Below are positions 26,298-40,000 of a stretch of DNA of 62,048 bases, in pieces. The stretch is taken from NCBI RefSeq assembly GCF_002113885.1, contig NW_018408008.1, positions 56,731 to 118,778 of the forward strand, in the 5' to 3' direction. The translations under genes and the position numbers were made by a program. The notes beneath the pieces are model-generated. The model had not been told where the DNA came from. It searched no databases and saw nothing but the letters and a program-made list of their open reading frames with translations. The stretch's first letter is position 1. Each line of letters starts with the position of its first letter. This stretch comes from Mizuhopecten yessoensis (taxonomy: Eukaryota).

Positions 26298-29200
26298 ACC
26301 ATAACCACCCTTGTAATCGTCTCTAAGTAGGCTTTATTGTAGGAAAATATCCCCATTTAATTTATATAACATTACAACTATTTCAAAATGTTGGCTTTGT
26401 CGCTCAGCAACATTTGTCCCTCATTGTGTTCCTTTTTGTTACCCCGCGAAAGTGGGATTGATATTAAACGTTTACCTCAATTCCCCATATTTGTCCCCAC
26501 ACGTGCGCTCTCAGGCGGACACATCTTCCATTTGTACACACGTGATTCCAAATTGCCTTAGGATACTCTAAACCATATTTGGATAAACTTCCTTAATTAG
26601 TTGTATTTTATGCAGGGTAGTTAAGGCATTGTAGATGGATAATCTCAATCAAAGTTCCCTAGTGTATTCTATACAGAGTGGAATATGCCTAACCATTGAC
26701 TTTGTATGTAGAGATTTTACAATATGAGTTTCCTGGTGTATTTGGTACACGTTGACCTTGTGATGTACAGTTTCATATGTATTGGACAGGTAAATTAGAT
26801 TAGACAGATTTTATATTTGTTCCACACATTTTCGTCTCTTCTTTCCTTTGCATTTGTGTATAGAGGTGGTTGGACATCAGGTCGCTTACAAACATCCCGT
26901 TGTGGCAAATTAACGTTTGAATGTTCCTTCGTAACAGTAACATGATGGCGACGAAGCGACTTTTATCATTATGTGAGCTACACTATTAGCCATACAAGTC
27001 TGCATTTTGCTGACAACTGTGATTGGTTGTTTATTCTCCTATAAAATAACAACAGAAGAAAGTAGAAATTTATTCAGTTATCTGCTATTTTCGACTTCGT
27101 GTTAAATCGACAGCTTTCATGGAATTACTCCATGCAACACAACCAACAACCAANGGGGGGGGGGGGGGGGGGGGGGGGGGGTCATTTTATGCTATTCTTA
27201 GAAGACTATTTAAGGATCGTTTCAGAGTAGTGGATTTTTGGATTTCTATACTACTGCGATCAACTCTAGCATGCACCGAGTCTTTGTGTTCAGTATAAAT
27301 CGTAATTAACAAAGACATAATTCTGAAAAAACAACAGTAAGGTGTGATAAGCCGAGAAAAATATATCAGTTGTACATGTAATGAAAACCAGGGAATGTAA
27401 CTGGAGGCAAGGAAAACTAAACGATCGTTCTCTAGTGTTTTGTCACAAGCAGGGGGACATAAATCCTTAATAGAGATGAAATGAAAAAAAAAATGTTTGA
27501 GATGTTCCGTGATTTTACTACTCTCAGTGTCCGTCTCTGACTCCGTGCTAGGTCTGCCACAAAAATAAGAAATGTCTACTAAGGAGTGATATTTATATGA
27601 GGGCTGGCCAATTTTACACTGATTTCCATAAGCTTACAATACTTTGACTATTATGATATTCAAATAAGTTGACTATACTTTTAATATTGTGTTATTCAAA
27701 TAAGCTAAATATACTTTGCATACTGTGTAAACATTCTGGTAAGTGTGATTTGAATATGCTTGCCAAACTAGTGTATACCTAGCGAGGCCGCGGGGTACGC
27801 TATTGATTGAGTCGGTGGCGAAAGAATATCAATGGTCAGTAGCATTAAGTAGCAAATCGAGTAAAATGCGATATAGATTGCTTGCATTTGTAACTGACAA
27901 TTGCTTGAAAATTAGATAAAACACTATGAACCATGATAAGCGAGTTGTTCCTCTATCCACTTAGATGCATGTAGAACATTAAACTGAAACCTAGAGAAAA
28001 CTTAAATTTGACATGCTGTATACCGACGGGAAATACATTGCCCGATTGCGACTTTGATTGTATGGGCAGAAAAGATAGAAGAGTGGCGCTGATTAAAATT
28101 GGGCTTCCGACCTTCAGTATCAACCCTCCTTGTAACTCCCTTCAATAGTCATGACAGCTGTTTGAGGTAGACAACTTCCTTTGAAATTGCATATTAAATT
28201 TAACGTTTATCTTTGGATTCAGGCTCTCTAGCCCCTTTTTACATTTGCGCTAACATCAATATTTCGACTGAAAATAGGCTGTATAAGCAACACAATGAGA
28301 TTTTATTTATAAATGGTGAACTTGTGAACTGTATTTGCAGTTGTAATTGGCCATTGCTTGAAAATTAAATAGCAATCAATGTACATGGAGAAGTGAGTTG
28401 TTGTTTATGGCGCTGATTAATAGGGGGCTTTTGACGACCACCATCCACCCTTTTTTCAACCCCCTTTAATAGTCAAGACAGCCTTTTGATTTAGAATGCT
28501 TCCTGTGGAAATGCTTATTATAGTTAGAGAACATGACTTGCTCCAGGCTCTGCATCCCCCCTTTTTTATTACATCTGCGCTACTAACATCAATATTTTGA
28601 CTGGAAATATATTTTCTGGTCAACACAATGAAATTTGCTATTTAAAAAATGGTGAACTTGTTCCTTGGAAATATACACCGTTGAACGCATTGTCCAATAC
28701 AGTTCCAAAGTGAAATGTAGGAGTGTTCTCTTACCTGTAACAATTGTTAATATATTAACCAGTGAAAAATCGCAAACAATGAGAAGAATCTTATTTCATT
28801 ATTCCTTGGGCTCTGCAATACCTAAACCAGCATGCTACTATACTACAGTCGCAATATCAATGACACATTTCCCTCGATTTTTCAAGTTTGAAAACAAACC
28901 TTTATTACTTTACCACCAAAATAATTTTACAACACGTATGAAAGAAGTTATTCCAACTTATGATCACGCGTGTTTGTTTTGATGGAAGCACACATATGGT
29001 GACTGGATCTGTCGACTTTAACTAGTAAGCTTTTTCCTTGACATTTTCAGATTTAACTGTCATTCCAATTCGTGTTCCGGACGTTGACAGTGATGTTGCA
29101 AAATTATCAACCAATTACCTCTTGCCATTCTGTCATCTTTATCATTAAGTATGAAAGTGTGACATAATGTTGGCGCGTGTTAGCTGTTTGTATTTCAGGG

Positions 29201-31949
29201 TTCAGGAATGCTTTAATTGAATGAGCAATTGGATGCTTATGCTAGACGTTACTGAGCTGACCGTATAAAATATGAGGACACAGGATTATCACAAAAGACG
29301 TCATGCCAACAAGGATCGTTATAATCTATGGCGAGGGAAACACAATATTTGGAATATGCTGATGACAACAATAATAGCGTATATAATCTTTATTAGATTA
29401 AACAACACGTACGAACGGAGATATTCCATCACACATATGTATCAGTATCTGCTATAACTGATGACGGAAGAACAAAATGGATCTTAGAGAAGGAACTTGA
29501 TTGTACGGAGAAAAGCTACGGGGTTGGGTAGGAAACCCAGTGGAGTAAAACATGTTCTATTTTTTAATGGTGACACTGACTAGAGATCTCGACCGCAATT
29601 ATCTTGTTGGAAATAAACAAATACTAAAATTTCAAAATTTCTACTCAATAGGACGCTATCTATTTTAATGGAAGATATTTCCATTTTTTCACAATTATAT
29701 ATAATATACAAGCGGTCAATTATATACAACACTCAGTTCAGACCTAAAATGAGAGGCTCCTATACAAAAAATAATGAGCCAACATAACATTCAGATTCCT
29801 CAGTAAACACTTCACATTAATTTTTGTTTTGGAAGTAACATTGAATTGGCAGATATGAGAGGAGCGCAATCATTTTTTAGCCGAACAAATATAGTATAAT
29901 CATATGGTTTATACTTAGAACTGACGATTGCTTGTTCGATGTTAGGGAAAATGCTCGCCTGAACATGGTTTACAAATCTGTTATAGTAGCGAAACCGTTT
30001 AACTGAGGAATGTGAACCATCTAGAAATCTACAGAAATTCAGACTTACACCGTTCACATGCCAATGTGTTTAGCTTGTCACTCTATTGTTTAAGTAGCTA
30101 GCAAGATATACAAGCTACATGTAAAATAGCTCATATAACCATAAAACACTTAAACTATTACATATATTTAAGAAATGGTGTATTGTTTAACAATTCCCGT
30201 TCAAACATATTCCATGATTCTTTAAAGCGCGTTTGGAGAACATGATTAACGGGAGAGCGTTGTATATTATCATATATGCTAAAATCTATGACAGAAATAA
30301 TGTACACGGCTTGCTTGTTATTTAAACTTATTTTGTTTACCTCAGTGTGGCAAGATAAATAGTCTGTCATATTGACGGCTCAAGTCTAGAACGAGTGTGA
30401 GTATTCGGGAAAATGCGTCATAATTTGAATTTGACGTCACGCATTGATTGGACCCCGATTGCTCCAAACGTTAGGCAAAATAAATACCGACTTGTTTCCA
30501 ATTGGAAAATATTCATTTGTTCTGGTTCTAGCTCTTATAACAATATGATCGGTTGGTAGCTTTTTCTAGGGACTGAACAATGGAAATGCAAATATACACA
30601 CATACCTCCAGTTCTGCCGTTGATCCCCTGGAATAATTCTTTAAACGCAGAACTTCATAATACCATGATACACCTGTAGCTAAAAAAGCCTACAGCGAAA
30701 CAAAGTTCACTAGTACTTTTTATACAGATGAAGTATTAGTCACATAAGGACCGTGTAGACACAATCCGTACAGTCAATATTTCATTACTGGTACTGCACA
30801 TGTAGCTGGAGACATGGGCGGATTACCATCAGTCAGAGCTCCCTCTGGTGGTGCATAGCATAAAATAAATTTTGTTACACTGATGAATCGTCTGTTTTTT
30901 TGAAAACCTGTTTTCACACAGGTTCTATTAATACACCTGCACTACCTTCAGTGATCACGGTTAAACCCTTACCGACATGTAATATAATATTCCAATCGTG
31001 ACACGTCATTAGCCCATGATAATTACTAAGATCGACGTAACATTCACAAAATGAAGTTTCTTTTATATAATGAAATACTTAGCGATATTTGAATCTTATA
31101 TCAAACACGGGTTTACTGTTTACTTATCAGACACCGGGACATAATCGACATTGCCTTTTGCTGATGACCCAGAAAAGGATAAGTAGAAAAAAGGAAAGAA
31201 ACGAAACTAACCTAAACTGCATAAGACTTTACCAGACTTAAAATAGTGGTAAATCGATTCTTAAATAAAAAATAAAAAGTTCAAATATTTTCTTTAAGAA
31301 AGCCGCTCTCTTACCGATAATCAATCGTGTGTTAACGATGATTATTCAAATTAACAAACATTGTTTTTAAAGATGTCGACATGACCCGAGAAGATGTCGA
31401 CATAGTCAAAGGATATGCGGCAATAACGTTTTAATTATGTCGCTATATATCTACATAGATAGCATTGCCGAGATAATTAGCACATTCCGAACAAATATCT
31501 TGTGGTGTACTGATAGCTGATAATCAGGTTTAAAAACGAATTAACCTTGTTTTAGGTGTTGTATATCATTATATCAATTCTAGTCACGTGATCAAAAATT
31601 TGTGGAATGATTTGTTAACTGCCCATTTTGCCTTACATAAATAAATAGCAAGTCGATGCCACATTTCAGCATAAACACAATACAAAGCCGTATTACCTAT
31701 TTACTTGATAATTATATCGCTTTTACTATATCTAAATAAGTAAAAAGATATCGACGTAATTTTAACGTTTTAGCGACGTATTCAAAATTTGAGTTGACAT
31801 CTTTTAAAAGTTATATCGACAAAGGTAATTCGAAAATCGAATTTTTGGAGTACGAAAAGTAGGTGACCTTGTGTTGATATGAAGTACAAGGGGGTGATAT
31901 ACAATGTTTATGTGGGCAGGTTATGTGTATAGTAATTCCTACCGATTTT

Positions 31950-32095
31950 ATAGTGCTATTGCACTGAAATGTCATGCACGGTCAGATTGTAGTGACAACG
32001 GATGAACCAGTTGCTGACATTACGCCAGATGCTGAGCCTTAAGCAGGGAAACCCCAACTACCATTTCTAAGGACTTTGGTATGTCCCGGTCAGCC
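31950..32095 (-). mobile_element. Degenerate Meta-type SINE fragment
   Basis: gctgagccttaagcaggg...actaccatttctaaggactttggtatgtcccgg, homologous to 58100-58210. Confidence 0.55.
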
Positions 32096-35000
32096 CCGAC
32101 TGTGCACTTCTTCATTTAAAAAACGAAAATAATTCGTGATTAATATGTTTTACAATATATTTGATTGTTTGAGAGTCATTTTATGTTATTCTGGAAACAC
32201 ACTTACACAAGAAAAGGATATACAAGCTATTTAACATGGAGCGTGTCTTTGTGTACATTTATATGGGCAATGTGTTTTGATTTGACTGGGTAAAGAATGG
32301 AACTGAGCTGATGGAGTGGCCAATTTCAGTAAGTTCATCATTTATATAAATACTCATTATTATCTCTCTTGTCGTTATGGCATGTACACTAACTGCGTCA
32401 ACATTGAGATTCGACTTACATTCTTGCAATAAATACATTATTTTGCAGCCAATCATTACTTCGTTATATAAACTATTTGTTAGTCTGTATTTTTAATGAC
32501 GTACATGTACATCACAATTTGATCCTTCAGTGTAAGATTAATATAATGTTCCCCTCCCTTGAGGGTGTGACAGAGAAAAAATCCTAATGATGATTATTTT
32601 CTCCCATCGTATTATTTCAGTCACAAATCCACCGACAGTAGTGTAAACAAAAACACACGTGGGATATGAATATCGCCATTCACTTTTGATGACGTCACAA
32701 TTACATATGGCGCATGACCATGACGTCACAACTGAACACGTGCTAATCGGCACGATCGATGCTATCTCCCCATTGGGGTTACACGCTGATATTCCCCGGC
32801 TGAAACGGAAGACACACCTGCGAAGGGCGGGAGAAATATATATCCTTGTCTGCCCTTTACAAATATAAACTTTTCAGAGCTAAACTATTTGGATTAAATA
32901 TACTGCATTGTAATATTAAAATATCAGGTGTTTCATCACATGCAGTCTCTAATAAAATCTAACACGTGGACATATTTTTGGCGTATTCAGGTCAAAATAA
33001 GAGTGTTGGATGTGGCGTGTCTGTGTATAATTTAAACATTATGGGAAACTGATATTTGTGTCAGTTTGTAATACAGATACGTAAGGCACCTACCGCAGAA
33101 TACGGGAGTGCTGTTGCGTTACAGATATCATCATTGTAATGATGATATAGTTTTGCTTTCTCAAGTTTAGAGATTAATTGTTGAATGTGGGTTGTCTTTT
33201 AAAAAGGACTCGTAAGAATCCATGACTGATTACATCTACAGGAAGGATAATTCATAGCAGCATTTTCCTGAAAGTAAGACCTTGATTTCGTGCAATAATT
33301 ATATACATGCTGAACATGTTTATGTTATACGGGTAACATATACATACAGGTTGACCTTGTAGACGAGTTCTGTACAATCAGAGTCACCTTGTGGAGGTTA
33401 TAGATTATTGTGTTATTGTGGTCGACACGATACTCAACAAGCATAGCTCCCTGATGTATTTTATACAAAGGTATTTACGCCTTTAATGTTGACACGGTAG
33501 ACGGATACTCTATAATTAGAGGTGTCTGGTGTATTTTAAACATAGACATTCAAGACCTAGTTGGTGACACTGTATACAGAACATATACGCCCTGTCCCCA
33601 TTTGCGTAGCTTATAAACAGATTTTGTATAGTTTACACGATGATTTTTAGACGGATATTCAACAATCAGAGTTGCCTGGTGAAAGGCGAGTAAGTTATTC
33701 AGTGCGCCACCCAACCACCATAACCACCATCTCAAATGTCCTTAATTATAATTTATTGAAGGGGAAATGTCCTCATGAAATATATAACACTGCAACTATT
33801 TCAAATATTGTCTTTGTCTCCCATCAACATCTGTCCCTCATTCTTGCTTCCCCGCTGAAGTGGGATGGACCTTACCTCAATATTTACCCGAATTTCCCTG
33901 TTTAGCCCCAACCCTCTGCTCTCAGTGGACACATGCTCCATTTTTACAAAACTGATTTCACATTGCCTAAGGATGCTATTAACCATATTTGGACAAACCC
34001 GTTAGTTTGTTGTATGTGATACAGTGGTAAATACGACCTAGGTATTGCCCTTGTAGACGGATACTCCTCAATCTTGGTTCCCGGGTGTATTTTATACAGT
34101 GCCACTTGAGACCTAAATGTTGACATGGTAGGCAGATACTCTACTATTAGAACTTTCGTTTTTCCCTACAACTGTAACAAAATACAGCTTTTCTGTACAA
34201 GCCTGCCATATAACACGGGTTTGGTGTTTAAGGACGAGAAAACATTCTTAGTTAATACCATGCTCTGATAAACAATAATATTTGTGTTTAATGGAAACCA
34301 AGTACGAATCAAATATTGCTTTTACGTTGTAACATGTTTAAGCACATAACAACGAATCCATGCAGCATTACGCTATGTTCATGCAATATGTCTGTTTCAT
34401 GTCACAATTACTCTATTTTAAAAGAAAACTGCCATATCCTCTTTTAATGATAATAAATAAATAGTATTAATTAAACTTATAAACTAGTTTTCACGCAATC
34501 GTGTTTAAGCTGAAACAAAAGTATGATCATATTAAAGTATGGCAATATGTTAGGTTGGTAGCTTTATCTAAGGGATGGACAATGTAAATTGGTAATTTAC
34601 ACACATCTCTCCAGTTATCCCTTTTATCTCATGGAAGAATTCTCAAAACGCAGGAATGTCACAATGTCAAGATATACATAAAGCAGCAAGTCTTTATGGT
34701 TACCTTGTAGACGCATTTTCTACAAACAGCGTTCACTAATGTATTTCATATAGATAATATTTAAGTCACATGGGGATCGTATCCACACTATCAAATTTCG
34801 AACGCCTCGTATATGCCAATGATTTGTGGTTGATGTCGTAGAGAACAATTATTCGATTGTCATAGAATAGAAGACATCAATTTTATTATCATATTCCCTA
34901 AATCTAGATCTTGACTTCGTGGACGAATTATATACACTCAGAACTTCATAATGCCATTTTACACACTTCAAAATATATGTTTACATTGTAGAGGAATTTT

Positions 35001-35684
35001 CAACGATCAGAGCCCCCTTTTGTATTTTATACATACATTAATTATGTTCTTGTGGTCTACATTAGACGGGTTATTCTTCAATCAGAGCCCCCTTGTGTTT
35101 CTAAAACATAAGTATACTGTTTTGGTCTACACCATGACCCTGAAGACGGATACTCTTCTATCTGAGCCCCAGTGTGTATTGTATACACCGGCTAGTGTGG
35201 TCAAGACGATGCCCTTGTAGACCGACAATCCAAAAGCATAGCTCTCCAATGATTCTACACGTATAAAGCTAAGGCACTACTATTTGATACAGAGGTAGTG
35301 TAAGCCTAAATGTTGAACCTGAAATGGATCTGAGCCCCTTTATGTATCGTATACACCGGTAATTGTGGTCTACATGATGACCTTGTATACGGATACCCTA
35401 CAATCTGTGATACATTTTGTTGTTGTTTTGAAAACGGGTTTCATACAGGTTCTATACATACACACGTACAACCTTTACCTATTTCTGTTTATCACATACC
35501 AGGAACAGGTTTTCTATACAGTAGACATTCAAGTCTCACATGGGTTTGTGGTTTTAGGACCAGGAAAATATGCTGCGTAGATACCATATACCGAGAAACA
35601 AATATAATAATGGAACAAGAGACAGTTAACACACGCTATATGTTTAGTATTTAAAGACGTCAAGAGATATGGAACGCCACGACT

Positions 35685-36745
35685 GTCAACATTTCATTGT
35701 CTGTATTATGTTGGGTTAACATATCATTATATTTGGTTGACATGGCATTATGTTGGGTTGACTTGTCACGACATGCGGTTAGTATGTCATTATGTTGGGT
35801 AGACATGTCGTTATGTTCGGTTATCGTGTCATGATGTTGGGTGGACATGTTATAATGTTCGGTTGACATGTCATGATGTTTGGTTGACATGTCTTTATGT
35901 TGAGCTGACATACCATGATGTTAGGTTAACATATCATGATTTTAGGTTAACATATGATACTTCTTAATAATATCCTCTCTATTATTTTGCTTTTTTCACT
36001 ATATGAGGAATAAGAAATAGTGTTTCCTCTGATTTCCATCAATAAAGTTTCCAAAAATAGCTGATCATTTATAGTAAATTGTAAACCAGAGTCCGATATA
36101 TTTTCAAGGTTATCTATTTTTGTAGACTGGTCGACAATATTGTTTCTTTACATGATCTATACAATTGTTTATAATGTTTAAGTACTCTATATCTTGGAAT
36201 AAAGACTTACTCATTTTCCATAAACCCCTCCCCTTCTTAAATTCATTTATTCTCATTGTAATTTTAGGGAACGAATGGTCTGATCGATAACCTGGGTCTA
36301 CACTTGAAAGATTGACACTAGAAAGTAGATTTTTTGAAATAAGAAAAAAATACAGACGAGCTTGTCTAATAGGATTACTTTTCCTCCATGTATATCTCTA
36401 GTTATATATCTAGTTTCTTCATGGTGTTCTCTAAAAATATCAGGTACGTAAATACATCTCTGCGTTTAAATCTATCCGACAACCCTTGACAAAATTAATG
36501 TCATACCGGTACCTGTTGGGTTAACATGTCATGATGATGGGTTGTCACGTCATGGTGTTGAGTTGAACCAGCATCGTGTTGAGTATTCATGTCTTGATGT
36601 CGAGTACTCATATGATGATGCCGAGTATTCATGATATGCTGTTGAGTGATTTCATCATGTTGTTATGTCAGTATGGCACGATGCCGAGTTTCCATGCTAT
36701 GTTGTTGAGGGATTTCATCATGTTGTTATGTCAGTATGACATGAT
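35685..36745. repeat. 21-bp tandem repeat array (gttgggttgacatgtcattat), split by an L1 fragment
   Basis: Arrays at 35685-35955 and 36515-36745. They produce the spurious ORFs 35660-35911 and 36576-36848. Confidence 0.8.
35960..36450 (-). mobile_element. L1/Tx1 ORF2 fragment (APE C-terminus and linker)
   Basis: Minus-strand translation RYTWRKSNPIRQARLYFFLIS...DPGYRSDHSFPKITMRINEFKKGRGLWKM, homologous to 60284-60720. Confidence 0.8.
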
Positions 36746-37096
36746 GTGGCTCTCGTGGAGGCACATTGAAACAATGTTTTCCCAATTCTGTGTCGTCATC
36801 GTGATATACCGCATTAGTACCCACATTACCATATTCATCCTTAAATAAGACAAGGGGGGTCAACACAAAACTGATCAAGACATCATCATGTTCTGGTTTA
36901 ATTGGGCATGGTTGTATGCAATAAATACTTAAAAATAAAACTGCAAAGACTTGTTATTGTGTAACATTATACAAACTTATCAATAGCAATAGACTGATGA
37001 AATATGTAACATTTGACTTGTCATTGTTATCGCACGCTCGTTAGAGAAGCCATGATTAGATGATCAGTAACAACATGACTTACATGTATTTATTTT

Positions 37097-40000
37097 AAAC
37101 AAGAGGCCCAGAGGGCCTGTGTCGCTCACCTGGATATCTAAGCAATCATGGCAAAATATTCTCAAAATGAGATCCAAGGGAATATGCCAGACCCCAAGGC
37201 CAATCCTTGTAGCATATCTGTAATATATTTTTCATGCCAAGCAATTGTATGTATGGTTATGAGGTGGATATCGCAACTGTTTCCAAGCTGTGACTCAGAA
37301 ACTCGGTCCCTAGGGTTGTGGCCAGACCCCAGGATCAATTATAATATCATGAGTGCATTTGTCTCGGTTTGCCCTGCATTGGTATGTATAGTTTTGGGGT
37401 GGGAATCTCAACCGTTTCAAAGTTATGACCCAGAGGTTAAGTCTCCAATGGTCAAATTTAGATTCTGTTCAAATTGTTTGTTCCTGGTTCTGGCTCGGGG
37501 TGAATTCCTATTTCAATCTGATTTAAACTAGCTGGAATAATATCTGTGGCATCCCCTGTTCGTGCAACTTTTCAGAAATTGTGCACCGCCACGGTTTCTA
37601 GAAACTCTTGGACCCTATACTCGAATTTATCAAATTGAGATTTTTATCAAATTGTATGTCCCTGGTACTGGCTCCGGCAGAATACCTATTTCAATCTTAA
37701 TTAAACACGTTGTGAATAATCTCTTAGGCATCCCCTGTTCGTGCAACTTTTAAAACATTGTGCATCGGCACAGTTTATAGACCCACTGGGACCCTATGCC
37801 CAAAAATTGTCAAAATTGAGATTTTGTTCAGATTGTATGTTCCTGGTCTTTTCTCGGAGTGAATTCCTTTTCAATCTTAATTAAACTCTATGTGAATACT
37901 CTCTGTGGCGCCCCCTGTTCGTTGAATTGTTCAAAAATTGTGCACCGGCACGGTTTTCTAGACCCCTTGGACCCTATACCCGAAAATGGTCAAATTGAGA
38001 TTATGTTCCTAATAGTATGTTCCTGGTCCTAGCTGAATTCCATTTCAATCTTAATTAAACTTTGTGTGAATTCTCTCTCTGGCATCCCCTGTTTGTGCAT
38101 GTTTTCAAGCATTGTGCATTGGCACGGTTTCTAGATCCTCTTGGGCCTTATACCGAAAAATGTTAAAGTTGAGATTTTGTTCAAATTGTATGTTCCTGGT
38201 CCTGGCTCGGGGTGGATTCCTATTTCAATCTTAATTAAATTCGGTATGAATACTCTATGATGCACTCCCGGGTCGAGCAACTTTCAAAAAGTGTGCACCG
38301 GGACGTTTTTTAGACCGCATGGGACCATATACCTGAAAATTGTCTAAATTGAGATTTTTGATCAAATGATATGTTCCTTGTCCTGGCTCGGGGTGAATTC
38401 CTATTTCAATCTAAATTTAAATCGATGAGAATACTCTTTTTGGCATGCCCTGTTTGTGTTACTTTCACAAGCTGTGCACCGGCACGGTTTCTAGACACCC
38501 TGGTACCCTTATACCCGAAAGTTGTCAAAATTGAGACTTTGTTCAAATGATATGTTCCTGGTCCTGGGTTGGGGTGTATTCCTACCTCAATCTTAATTAA
38601 ACTCGGTGTAAATACTCTGTGTTGCCCCCCCCCCCTCCCTGTTCGTACAACTGTTAAAAAAGTGTGCACAGGCACGGTGTTTTGACCCTCTGGGAACCTA
38701 TACCCGAAAATTGTCAAAATTTAGATTTTGTTCAAGTTGTATGTCTCGAACCTGGCTCGGGGTGAATTCATATTTCAATCTTCTAAACATTAAATGTGAA
38801 CACTCTCTGTGGCAACCCCCTGTTCCATCATCTTTTCAAAAAATGTGCACCAGCACGGTTTCTAGACCATCTTGGACCCTTTACCCGAAAATGATCAAAT
38901 TGAGATTTTGTTCAAATTGTATGTCCCTGGTCCTGACTCGGGGTGAATTCCTATTTCAATATTAATTAAACTCGTTGTGAATACTCTCTGTTGCACATCG
39001 GAGCCAAGAAGAATGATCTATATCAGTTGAAATGACTCGTTTTATAATTGTTGTAAAATAAATAAAGTTTGCAATTGTGAATATAGTTTTGGGGGTGGGG
39101 ATCTCATCCGTTTCATAGCTATGACCCAGTGGTAAGGACCCGGGTGCCATCCTGAAAGTAAATGTGCGTTCGTCTCTTAATATTCAACAATTACATACAT
39201 GTGTATAGGGTGGAGATATCCACTGTCTCCAAGTTGTGACTCAGAAACTAGGTCTTTAGGGATTGTGGCAAGACCCTAGGGTTAATGTTAATATAATGAG
39301 TGTGTTGGTCTCGTTATGCCCATCAATTGCATATTTAGTTTTGGGGTGTGTATCTCAACCGTTTCAAAGTTATGATCCAAGGGTTTGGCCAGACTCCAGG
39401 ACCATCCTGGAAGCAAACGTGCATTTATCTTTGTATGCTCAGCAATTGTATATATGGTTATAGGGTGGGGTTCTCAATCATTTCCAAATGATAAACATGT
39501 TTGGCCCCACCCCGGTGTGGTCAGCTTGTCCATTTGTACACTTAGTAATCCCCACCACCTAGGGATGCTTCCAGCAAAATATAGTTAATCCCCATGGCTT
39601 AGTTCTAGAGAAGAAGTCGCAAAAAGCAATATAGCTAAATAACCTATTTTAGCACCGCCCGTCAGCCCCCTCGGGTGTCAACCCCATCATTTGTGCAATT
39701 TTAAATCCCCATTACCTAGAGATGCTATTGATCAAATATGTTTGATATGCATCTCTTACATGTAGTTCCAGGGGAAAAGTCGTTAAAAGCAATGAATCAA
39801 AATAACCATTTTGTCCCCCCCCCCCCTCCCCTCAAATTGTATGTTCCTGGTCCTGGCTCGGGGTGAGTTCCTATTTCAATCTGAATTAAACTAGCTGGAA
39901 TAATATCTGTGGGCATCCCCTTTTCGTGCAACTTTTCAGAAATTGTGCACCGCCACGGTTTCTAGAAACTCTTGGACCCTATACTCGAATCTATCAAATT

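Larger units (their letters stand above)
16441..35520 (+). repeat. Segmental duplication, copy B
   Basis: See copy A. Additional degenerate copies of the core block at ~30600-31160 and ~33690-34780. Confidence 0.75.

Noticed and set aside
27154-27181. N followed by a G27 run (possible G-quadruplex)
   Set aside because: It is adjacent to an ambiguous base, so the run length is likely an assembly artefact.
29812-30370. Two minus-strand ORFs (81 and 70 aa)
   Set aside because: No recognisable motif or splice structure, and the lengths are compatible with chance.
35660-35911. Heptad-repeat ORF MSTQHHD...
   Set aside because: It is a by-product of the 21-bp tandem repeat.
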